Positions 53,832-64,000 of a stretch of 64,000 bases of DNA are shown here, one piece after another. Position 1 is the stretch's first letter; each line of letters starts with the position of its first letter. Location: positions 20,522,001 to 20,586,000 of the forward strand of contig NC_043017.1 in NCBI RefSeq assembly GCF_006345805.1. Reading direction: 5' to 3'. The stretch comes from Octopus sinensis (lineage: Eukaryota). The position numbers were made by a program, and so were the translations under genes. The notes beneath the pieces were generated by a model. That model was not told the origin of the DNA, ran no database searches, and worked only from the letters and a program-made list of their open reading frames with translations.

Positions 53832-54374
53832 AGATGGTAAATGTTTTTATTTTTCATTCCCTTTTGAAATTACCCCTAATTGTGGTTTTGGATTTTAACT
53901 ACTCCCTCTAGCAGTTTAGATGTCAGACTATGGCCATCTCTCATGTGTTTAAATGTACACTGTGTGTATATATATATATATATATATGCATGTATATACA
54001 TGTGCATGTGGCATAGTGGTTATGGCATTGCACTCACAATTATATAATTGTAGTTTTGATTCCAGGACTGGGTGAAGTGCTGTGTTCTTTGGCAAAACTC
54101 TTCATTTCATATTGCTCTGTTATCACTTCAACATCTAATATGTGTCACACTGTACATTTCTACATGCAATGTTGATTTAATGGGGTAAGGGAGCTAAAGT
54201 ACTGCACAAACATTAGATTACAGTAAATATATCATTTGTGCAGGTTGTTTTAGCAGGGAGCTGCAGAACCCTTATCTGCTTCATAAAGCAAGAGAATCCA
54301 TCATATATATACACATATATGAAACAAAGAGATGATACCGGATAAAAATCAAATGTTATGTAATGAACTTCATT

Positions 54375-54436
54375 ATCTTACAGCTGTTTCTGCTATACAA
54401 TGTTGTGGACAACATACTGTAGCTTCATCAGAGCCT
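54375..54436 (-). ncRNA. Minimal hammerhead motif (ACAGCTGT palindrome)
   Basis: Minus strand: ct CTGATGA a GCTA ca gt ATGTTG tcca CAACAT tg ta TAGC a GAAA CAGCTG TA ag; helix I is weak. Confidence 0.55.
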
Positions 54437-55579
54437 TGAATACGAAGTGCACTTTATCTGGGAAACTTACATTTTCAGAACATATGAGCGTTATGAGAAA
54501 GTTTTTATTGATGGGTATTTCACTATGCTTAAGCAAAATATTAAAATATACATACACACACACACATACACAAACATACATACACACATACATACATATA
54601 TATGTACACCCACTACTGTACTTGTATCAATCTCTCATCATCAACTTATGGTTTCAATATCAGTAACAGGTTTTTACGTTCTGAGTTCAAATTCTGCCGA
54701 GGTCGACTTTGCTTTTTATCCTTTCGACTAGATCCCGCCCCCCAAAATTTTGGGCTTTGTGCCTAGAACAGAAAAGAATAATTAAAAATTATAGGGTGCT
54801 GAGCTGGCAGAATCTTTACGCTCTGAATTCAAATTCTGCTGAGGCTGACTTTGCCTTTCATCTTTTCGGGGTCGATAAATTAAATACCTGTTGTGTGCTG
54901 AGATCGATCTAATTGACTGGCCCCTCCCACCCAAAATTTCAGACCTTGTGCCTAGAGTAGAAAAGAATATTAATAACACAAGAACTTTCAATTCAACTTC
55001 TAAATAATTCATGTGATGTCTAGTCTAAAATATCCAGTAAATTGAAATATAATGTATAATTAATTTTAACTATTTTTTTTTTAATTATGAGACCAGGTAG
55101 AACAAGCAATCAGCAACACCACCACCGCTACCACCAAAAAAAAAAGGAAAGAAAGGATGAAGTTATACAATACAGAAAAAAAAGAAAAAAATCCAGTTAT
55201 TTTTTACTTTCATTCTATTTCAAATATTTTTCGTGAGGAAATCAAATAATATTAAGAAAACAGATTTTTCTGTTACTTTCCTTAAATTGTTTATGATCAA
55301 ATTAAGTTTTTTTCTAACATGAAATTGTGAAATTATATTTTGAAAATATTACATTTTCATCTTGCATACATCTTTTTATCCATTTTGATTAGATTTGATT
55401 TGTAAGCAAAATAAATAAATAAATAAATTGAAAACTAAAACTGTAAGAAAGGTATAATTAAAAAATATATCTAAAATAAAATAAATTGATTTAATTTGTT
55501 TTTGAAAATGATATTCTTCTTTCTAAGGGTAGCCTGAAGTCAAATATTACACAGAGGAAAATTTATTTATTTATGGTTT

Positions 55580-56125
55580 GCTGTGTTAGTCTACACGTTA
55601 GAGTTGATATTTGTCTACATGTTAAGATTGTTAAATGTCTACATGTGTAGCCTACATGTTAGGAGTGATACATGTATATATGTTAGAACTGATACATCTT
55701 TACATGTCGCTTTGAATTGGACACAAAACTAATACATGTCTACATGTTGCTGTATAATCTACATGTTTGAGTTTATATATATACCTCCATGTTGTGTTAT
55801 ATACAAATACGTGCTACATTAGTCTACATGTTTGCATTGATACATATCTAAATGTTACTGTGTACTCTACATGATGAAATTAATACATATCAACATGTTC
55901 ACTATGCTGTCTTCATGTAAAGATTATACATACCTACATGTCATTGTGCAGTCAACATGTTAGAGTTGATACGTGCCAACATGTTGTCAGTCTACATGCT
56001 AGAACTGATACATGTTAAAATTGACATATGTCTACATGTTAGAATTGACATATGTATACTTGTTGTTGAGTAACCTCCATGCTAAGGTTGCTACATGTTG
56101 CTGTGAAATCTACATGTTAAGATTA
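55580..56125. repeat. Diverged minisatellite built on (T)CTACATGTT
   Basis: ACATG-containing motif recurs every about 19-23 bp, many times over 540 bp. Confidence 0.8.
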
Positions 56126-56199
56126 TTCTTTGTTAGTCCAAAAACTGATTTGGTGCCATCAGTTTTATGTATCAATTGGCAGAGTGGTTAAGGTGTCAC

Positions 56200-56348
56200 A
56201 CAAAATGCCTGGGGTACTTAATTTATTGACCCCTTAAGCATGAAAGGCAAAGTCGACCCCAGTGTAATTTGAACTCAGAACATAATGGCAGCTGAAATAT
56301 CACTAAGCATTTTGCCTGGCATGCTAATGTTTCTGCCAGCTCACCGCC

Positions 56349-56399
<51 letters not shown>

Positions 56400-56575
56400 G
56401 TAACCCTTTCAACTAAAGGCACAAGGCCTGAAATTTGAGGTACTTAATTTATTGACCCCCGTAAGCATGAAAGCCAAAGTCGACCCCAGCGTAATTTGAA
56501 CTCAGAACGTAATGGCAGCTGAAATATCACTAAGCATTTTGCCCGGCATGCTAATGATTCTGCTAGCTTGCCACC

Positions 56576-56580
<5 letters not shown>
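56200..56580 (-). mobile_element. Tandemly duplicated, internally deleted family B SINE
   Basis: Two copies share GGTACTTAATTTATTGACCCC..TAAGCATGAAAG and are each followed by (AAT)n. Confidence 0.8.
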
Positions 56581-56614
<34 letters not shown>

Positions 56615-56618
56615 GGAT

Positions 56619-57046
56619 CTTTTCAGTTTGAACGGCAGATTTTTCTAGCGGTGTCATATGAAATTGTCACCCATAATTATGACCCTAGTATCGATCTATT
56701 GCATTTCAATCTGTTTTAGGGTTAGGGTTAGTTAGGGTTAGGGTTAGGGGTGGCAGGAAGGGTATCTTTTTTTCTTCACAAATGTAAATAAACCCAATCT
56801 GTTTCCTAAACGAGGGACATATTCATATGGCACAGGATGTTTTTTTTTACCTCAATGGACGTCACTGATTGGTTGAAATTGCAGAAATTGAAGAAAAAGA
56901 ACAACAAATGTCTTACAAACTATAGAATTTTCTCAATAAAGCCAAGAGAAAAAGATGTTTTATAAACACATTCTTCCAGTATAAGAAGTTTAAAATTTTT
57001 TAGTTACCTAGAAATTATGTTAAAAACTGCTGTTCAAACCGAAAAG
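56619..57046. mobile_element. MITE-like element with about 25-bp TIRs carrying interstitial (TTAGGG)n
   Basis: CTTTTCAGTTTGAACGGCAG... and ...CTGCTGTTCAAACCGAAAAG are inverted repeats; five TTAGGG units plus one TTAG at 56716-56749. Confidence 0.75.
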
Positions 57047-57119
<73 letters not shown>

Positions 57120-57356
57120 GAAGAAGAAGAAGAAGAAGAAGAAGACCAACAACAACAACAGCAACAACAATGACAACGATGAGGAAGATGGTGTTGTAAT
57201 AAGTGGCTTTTGATTTTTCGTTTTTGAAACCTGTTAAGAGAAAGGAAGTCTTTCAAAAGACAAACTCTATGTTATACATAAAATAGAGGAGAAAAAAAAA
57301 CCTTGAATTTTCAAGTGGAGACACAAAACGATGTGTAATCAGGGTGAAATACTCAC

Positions 57357-57417
57357 CACAATAACTTTCCGGGCTTGTGCAGTAAGCATTTCCTAGATCG
57401 TATTTCTTATGTACATC
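57357..57417 (-). CDS. Candidate 61-bp internal exon
   Basis: Acceptor ttattagcatag|GATG and strong donor GTG|gtgagt; open frame DVHKKYDLGNAYCTSPESYC plus 1 nt. Confidence 0.3.
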
Positions 57418-57589
57418 CTATGCTAATAAAACGAGCGACTTGTTGGCAGTAAAACTGCGCACACAATTGCACCGAAACAATAAAAAGTAAAAAATATATA
57501 TATTAAAAAGGATAAATGTAAGGAGAAGAAAAAAAAAAAAAACTGGTGTCCACGTGCCACCTATCACAAACACACGCAAACGCATGCAA

Positions 57590-57867
57590 ACACACACACA
57601 CACACGGATGCACATAGAGAATCAATCGTACAAGCACGCGCTCACAGCTTAAGTCATTCACAATAAAATAAACCAGATTGTTTTATTGTTAAGTAGTTGT
57701 TGATATACATGTGTGAACATATAAAATAAACACACACACACACGGATGCACATAGAGAATCAATCGTACAAGCACGCGCTCACAGCTTAAGTCATTCACA
57801 ATAAAATAAACCAGATTGTTTTATTGTTAAGTAGTTGTTGATATACATGTGTGAACATATAAAATAA

Positions 57868-57885
<18 letters not shown>
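57590..57885. repeat. Perfect 138-bp tandem duplication bounded by (CA)n
   Basis: CGGATGCACATAGAGAATCAATCG starts at 57605 and 57743. Confidence 0.92.
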
Positions 57886-57898
<13 letters not shown>

Positions 57899-58018
57899 CA
57901 TGAAATACATACACGCACATATATATTTGTGTGTATATATGATGATTGTATGGATATATATACATTTATGTATATACATATATATGTTTATATATGTATA
58001 TATATATATGTTTGTATG

Positions 58019-58059
<41 letters not shown>

Positions 58060-58312
58060 TACACATGTTTGGATGGGTATATGTACAAATATATATATGC
58101 ATTTGTATGTGTATATATATATATAATATATGTGTGTATATATATATGTATATATATATATATATATATATGTATAATATATATGTATAAATATATATGT
58201 ATAAATATATATGTATATATATATATATATATATATGTATAAATATATATGTATAAATATATATATATATATATAATATATATATATATATCTATATATA
58301 TATATGTGTGTG

Positions 58313-58345
<33 letters not shown>

Positions 58346-58481
58346 TTATATTGATACATATATATATATAAGTGTGTATGTGTGTGTGGAGAGAGAAAGG
58401 GAAAGAGATGAAGCTTTTATTTTCTTTGTTTCATGCAGCTTCCAGTTTACAAAGACTCTTAATCTTTATTCAGCTGGAGGG

Positions 58482-58528
<47 letters not shown>

Positions 58529-59103
58529 AAAAACTGTTTTCATTTTCCTCCAAAAGTCGTTTATTTGCTTTTGTGAAGCATGTGACAGATCAAGAAGCTC
58601 CATTGTCATCATTGTTGCTACAAGAAATTGCTAGCAATGTGTTTTACCGTTTCTCCAGCTTCCCATCTCAGCTCAGCTCGGCTCCCTCATCACAGCATCA
58701 AATTCATTTGCATATTATACTCGCTAGGTATTAATAGCCAAAGCTGAAGCATTTAATGGCATCAACAAACAACGAGGTGCAATGTGTGTACAGAACAAAC
58801 AGGTGAGACCGAAAGGAACAGGAGTTTGGCTCTGATTTATGACGAAAGTGTCAGTCTTAAGTCGGTTGCTAACAAAGACACATACAAAGTTATATATTAA
58901 CAAAGTGGGTTGTGTGTGTAGTCCTGTATTACCTATGCGAGAATGCATGTATGCATGTGTGTGCATGTGTGTGTGTGTGTGTGTGTGTATTATTGTAGTT
59001 AGCACAGTTTGGGTGTACTTTTAATAGAAGGGTGTGTTAAGTACTTTTAATAATTTGTGCATTTCTGTCTATCTACCCATCTATCTATCCATCCATCCAT
59101 CCG

Positions 59104-59135
<32 letters not shown>

Positions 59136-59152
59136 CCTATCTACCCATCTAT

Positions 59153-59186
<34 letters not shown>

Positions 59187-59310
59187 CTCTCTCTCTTTTT
59201 CTCTCTCTACCTACCTACCTACCTACCTACCTACCTAGTTTACAATTTTGCTAAGGTATACCAAAACAAAAAATATTAATATTCACTTGTTAAAATATAT
59301 GCATATAAGC

Positions 59311-59694
59311 TAGGAGTGGCTGTGTGGTAAGTAGCTTGCTTACGAACCACGTGGTTCAGGGTTCAGTCCCACTGTGTGGCACCTTGGGCAAGTGTCTTCT
59401 ACTATAGCCTTGGGCTGACCAAAGCCTTGTGAGTGGATTTGGTAGACAAAAACTGAAAGTAGCCCGTCATATATATATATATATGTATGTGCGTGTTTGT
59501 GTGTCTGTGTTTGTCCCCCCAACATCGCTTGACAACCGATGCTGGTGTGTTTATGTCCCCATAACTTAGCGGTTCGGCATAAAAGAGACCAATAAAATAA
59601 GTACTAGCCTTACAAAGAATAAGTCTTGGCGTCGATTTGGTACTAAAGGCAGTGCTCGAGCATGGCCACAGTTACATGACTGAAACAAGTAAAA

Positions 59695-59695
<1 letters not shown>
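59311..59695 (+). mobile_element. SINE family A, full length
   Basis: TAGGAGTGGCTGTGTGGTAAG...GAAACAAGTAAAAG. Confidence 0.88.
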
Positions 59696-59739
<44 letters not shown>

Positions 59740-59745
59740 TATATA

Positions 59746-60085
59746 GGGTAAAGGCTAAAGAACCCCTTCAGTCATGAATGACTTTGGGATTGCACCAAGA
59801 TAGTTACTCTCCAAGGCACAAGTCTGGACGAGGTTTGTTTTTGAGCAAGAAACTTTATTTTACGTTGCTCCAGTTGACTCAGCTATAGAAATTAGTTGTG
59901 ACATCACTGGTACCAAACTCTATCAGCCCCTTTGCCTTTCCCTTGGATAACAGCAATGGCAGGGAAGAGAGGAGGCTGGTATGCATAGCTGGCTGCCAGT
60001 CTTCCATAAAGAACCTTGCCTTGGAGGGGAACTTAATAGGTGCAATCCCATGGTCATTTAAGACCGAAGGGGGTCTTTACTTTAC
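59746..60085. mobile_element. Two family E SINE tails in inverted orientation (fold-back)
   Basis: GGTAAAGGCTAAAGAACCCCTTCAGTCATGAATGACTTTGGGATTGCACC at left; GGTGCAATCCCATGGTCATTTAAGACCGAAGGGGGTCTTTACTTTAC at right. Confidence 0.75.
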
Positions 60086-60825
60086 TTGCTTTATTTAACT
60101 AAGCAAATTACCTGGAGCAGAAATGTTTCTTACTTTATTTCATATAAGTTGGGGTCCTTCGGTTACTGGAAATAAGGTTGAGGAACTGCTGTGCTGATGA
60201 CAGCTACTGAGACAGAAACACATGTGCATAACCATCCTCTTATTTCCAGTTAATAAGTCTGTCCCTTTCCCTTAATGACATGTCAGTTTTGGAGATGATC
60301 ACCCCTTTCCCAAATGGAGGTGGGCATAACTGCAGTTTGGTAATTAAGATATTGTCTCTGGTGATGGCGATAATTTTAAGAAATCAAGAATTTTTGTTGT
60401 ATGGTATTTGACATATGTGTAGCTGTCTATGTTATACAAAAAAAAAATGCCACTGGCCATGTGTGGTGTGTGTGTGTGTATGAAAGACAGAGAAAATAAA
60501 TATTGAACAGGTTGTCTTCTGAGAGTTTTGTTCATAATTTCTTATTTACAATCTGAAGTATTTACAATATGACTAATTATTATTCACATATATCAAAAGT
60601 TGGCAGTCTATTACTTACGCACACACACACACACACACATGTACACATGTGTGTGTGCTTGTGCATGCACATACATACATTCACAAACATATACATGCAT
60701 GTATACATACATACAAATATACAAACTCATATGTATGTATATAAAGGCACACACATATATACATACAAACACATTATATATATGTATATGTATATATATA
60801 TATATTAAATAGATGTGTGTGTGCG

Positions 60826-60874
<49 letters not shown>

Positions 60875-62357
60875 AAAGAGAGAGAGGGGGAGAGAGAAAG
60901 AGAGGGAGAGAGAGAAAGAGAGGGAGAGAGAGAAAGAGAGAGAGAGATCTAAAAATATCATTACAAAATAACTTTTATCGCTTTTGTCGTCTTTGATTTA
61001 TTCCCTTAATTAGGGGGCAAACATATTGGATATACAGTGTGCTCAGAAATGAGTTAAGATACAGGATGCATATGGTTTATAAGCCTGCTAGACCAGGACT
61101 GACCCAGGGCTGAACAACAACACCAACAACAACAATGACACCTGAGATATCGTAACCACAAATAATTGGAAAGAGACACAATTCCCCACTTAGACACAGA
61201 ATCCAGATCTCCTTCAAATCAATATCCTGTAGTCTTTAGAAAAAGGAAAAAAAAAATATCAATAATCCTGCTACACCAGGACTGACCCAGGGCTAAAACA
61301 ACAGCAACAGTTGATATATCCTAACTCATCATGACCCTCTGTCGGTTATGACGATGAGGGTTCCAGTTGATCCGATCAATGGAACAGCCTGCTCATGGGA
61401 TTAACGTGCAAGTGGATGAGCACTCCACAGACATGTGTACCCTTAATGTAGTTCTCAGGGAGATTCAGTGTGACACAGAGTGTTACAAGGCTGGCCCCTT
61501 TGAAATACAGGTACAACAGAAACAGGAAGGAAGAGTGAGAGAAAGTTGGGGTGAAAGAGTCCAGCAGGGTTCGTCACCAACCACTGCTGGAGCCTTGTGG
61601 AGCTTTAGGTGTTTTCCCTTTTGCCTTTCATCCATTCGGGGGTCAAGAAATTAAGTACTAGTTGCATACTGTGGTCGATCAACTTGTCTGGGCCCCTCAC
61701 CCCAAATTTTCGGGCCTTGTGCCTAGAGTAGAAATAAAAATATAAACACTTGCATTGCCTGGACTGGGAATTGAAACCACGATCGTACGACTGTGAGTCC
61801 GCTGCTCTAACCACTGGGCCATTGCGCCTCTGCATATCCCAACTACAAATACTTTGAAAGAGGCACAATTCACCAACTAGAAATATCAGCCAAACCTCCC
61901 TCAACTCATACCCTTTTGTCTTAGAAACCGGAATGAGGTATTGAATAATAAATCCTGTTGGATCAGGATTGAACTGGATCTAAGGAACAACAACAACAAC
62001 AACAACAAAAATAACCAGATGCGGCAATAGCAGTGAGCAAAACTGAATGGAACATGGATTGTTGGCAAGACGGATGATGATGGATCTATGGATCTGTGGT
62101 TCTACAGACCATTTTTCGCTTTCTGATTAAAGCCATTTCCCATCACTTGGATTGGTAATGGCTCCGGGAATGTTTGGAATTTTTCAGCTTTACATGTTCT
62201 CCTCTCTTTAGGAATCGAAGACTTAATACCAAATTCGAAGCCATAGCGTGAACCGGTTAACATTCCTGTGGACTTAACTACTTGATCTGTTTGTCTGTTT
62301 CTCTCTCTCTCTCGCTCTCTCTCTCTGTAGTTATGTTGGAGAGAAAGAGAGGAAAGG

Positions 62358-62391
<34 letters not shown>

Positions 62392-62546
62392 ATATATATG
62401 TGTGTGTGTGTGTGTATATATATGTGCATATATATATATATGTGTGTGTGCGTGTGTATATATATATATGTGTGTGTATATATATATGTGTGTATGTATA
62501 TATATATATATGTGTGTGTATATATATGTGTGTATGTATATATATA

Positions 62547-62589
<43 letters not shown>

Positions 62590-62859
62590 GTATTTATATA
62601 TATATGTATTTATATGTATGTGAGTATGTATATATATATATATAAATACATATGTATATATGTCTGTGTGTGTATATATATGTGTGTATATATGTATACA
62701 TACACACACACATATACGTAAAGGTACACACATACATGCATATATACATTAGATTTGTGTGTGCATTTGGGAAAGTGAGAACTGATAGGGATGGAGAAAT
62801 GGAGAGAAAAGATATATTATGGAGTGGGGAGCAAGGTGGACATAGCATTGAGAGAAAGA

Positions 62860-62977
62860 GAGTGTGTGTGGGGAGGGGGGGTTAAAAGACAAATAAAACA
62901 GAGAGAGAGTGAGAGGGGGAGAGAAGGAGGGAATGAGAAGAGAAAGCAAACAGAGAGTGAGACAATAATGTGCATGT

Positions 62978-63017
<40 letters not shown>

Positions 63018-63240
63018 ATGAGAGACAAAGAGAGAGATGAGAAACAGGCAAACATAGAAGAGAGAGAAAAGGGGGAGAGTGAGAGAGAGAGGGAGAGAGA
63101 GTGAGAGAGTGAGAGAGAGAGGGAGAGAGAGGGGAGAGAGGGCGAGAGAGAAGGGGAGAGAGGGGGAGAGGGGGAGAGAGAGGGGGAGAGAGAGGGAGAG
63201 AGATAGGGAGAGAGAGAGAGAGAGAGAGAAGGGAGAGAGA
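62860..63240 (+). repeat. Polypurine (GA/GGA) tract; (GGA)n(GAA)n tract also at 11570-11740
   Basis: Strand almost exclusively A/G over long stretches. Confidence 0.9.
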
Positions 63241-63726
63241 ATATAAGAGCTGCAAATCTCCACAATCTGCCAATCGCTAACCTTCATTGAAACTTCTCTT
63301 TGCTTTTCAAACTTTGTGAAGTGTGAAGCATTTATTTTAAGATGGAATAATTTCCAAAGAATTTCTGTTCTACAATGGAACCATCCACTTAAAGGAAACG
63401 CAGGACAAAAATAATGTATTTCCTGATTATTTTGTGAAATATAGATTTATTGGTTAAAAGAATTCCGATGACTTAATCAGTAGTTTACTGTATTTATGTC
63501 AGAGAGAGTAGAAAGGGACTAGCTATGTAATTTGGATGGGACAAATAGCACAAAAGGTTTTCTTTCTTTTTTGTTCAAAACCACAGTTCAATTGGTTTTC
63601 TCACTGGTGTTTCTATTTTTTACTGGAACACATCACCAAAAGATACACAAATACAAATACATGTGTGTGCGTGTGCATGTATATATCTGTCTGTCTGTCT
63701 GTCTATCTATCTGTCTATCTATCTGC

Positions 63727-64000
63727 CGTCCCGGGTCGACCTTGAGTGACTTCAACACAACCAAAGCATTCTATAGGGGATTAGTGGAGGGGAGGTACGA
63801 CGACGAGCTCGGGGCAAACCTGGGCGTCGACGAGGAATACCTGACCCGCCTGTTTCAAACGACTTTCGGCCCGGGACCTATGGACAACTTCCAGAGATCC
63901 CTGGCCTGGCGGTGCTACCGAGAAGCGCTACCCGTTCAGGATAAGCTCTATAGGCATGGCTCGAGAAACACGGGGCCGACCTGCCCGAGATGCGGGCAGA
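63727..64000 (+). mobile_element. 5'-truncated Tx1/L1-clade LINE, ORF2 C-terminal zinc-finger (zf-RVT) region, running off the window
   Basis: Abrupt GC/CpG-rich switch. Open frame from 63727: RPGSTLSDFNTTKAFYRGLVEGRYDDELGANLGVDEEYLTRLFQTTFGPGPMDNFQRSLAWRCYREALPVQDKLYRHGSRNTGPTCPRCGQ (W-x-x-x-x-x-x-LP...CPxCG motif). Confidence 0.85.

Noticed and set aside
56716-56749. Chromosome end or telomere
   Set aside because: Only about five units, internal to a TIR element with ordinary sequence on both sides.
61745-61830. tRNA-like sequence on the minus strand (also 24075-24150 and other SINE heads)
   Set aside because: A/B-box-like motifs lead into SINE bodies and the acceptor stems do not close; these are SINE heads, not tRNA genes.
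61920-62270. Unique island with a minus-strand frame [54 protein letters not shown]
   Set aside because: No recognisable family, and competing frames are equally plausible; may be UTR.

Overview
AT-rich, repeat-saturated eukaryotic DNA, intronic or intergenic. The SINE repertoire and extreme (TA)n/(CA)n/(GATA)n/(TAA)n load point to an octopus (Cephalopoda) genome; this is inferred from sequence style, not from a search. No complete protein-coding gene is recognisable, and almost every ORF in the supplied track is a microsatellite or SINE translation artefact. The window contains at least five tRNA-derived or RTE-tail SINE families in dozens of copies and MITEs with piggyBac-like, Tc1/mariner-like, hAT-like and TTAGGG-containing ends. 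It also has decayed coding fragments of three retroelement clades (Penelope GIY-YIG end, R4/Dong restriction-like endonuclease, Tx1/L1 zinc-finger end) and a few low-confidence orphan exons. The main hidden signal is a set of about a dozen minimal type I hammerhead ribozyme motifs of the Penelope/retrozyme kind, on both strands and from several unrelated families. These include one apparently intact copy (53755-53831, GUC site, palindromic helix III) and a family with a compensatory U3:A8 catalytic-core variant (13981-14023, 12736-12778).
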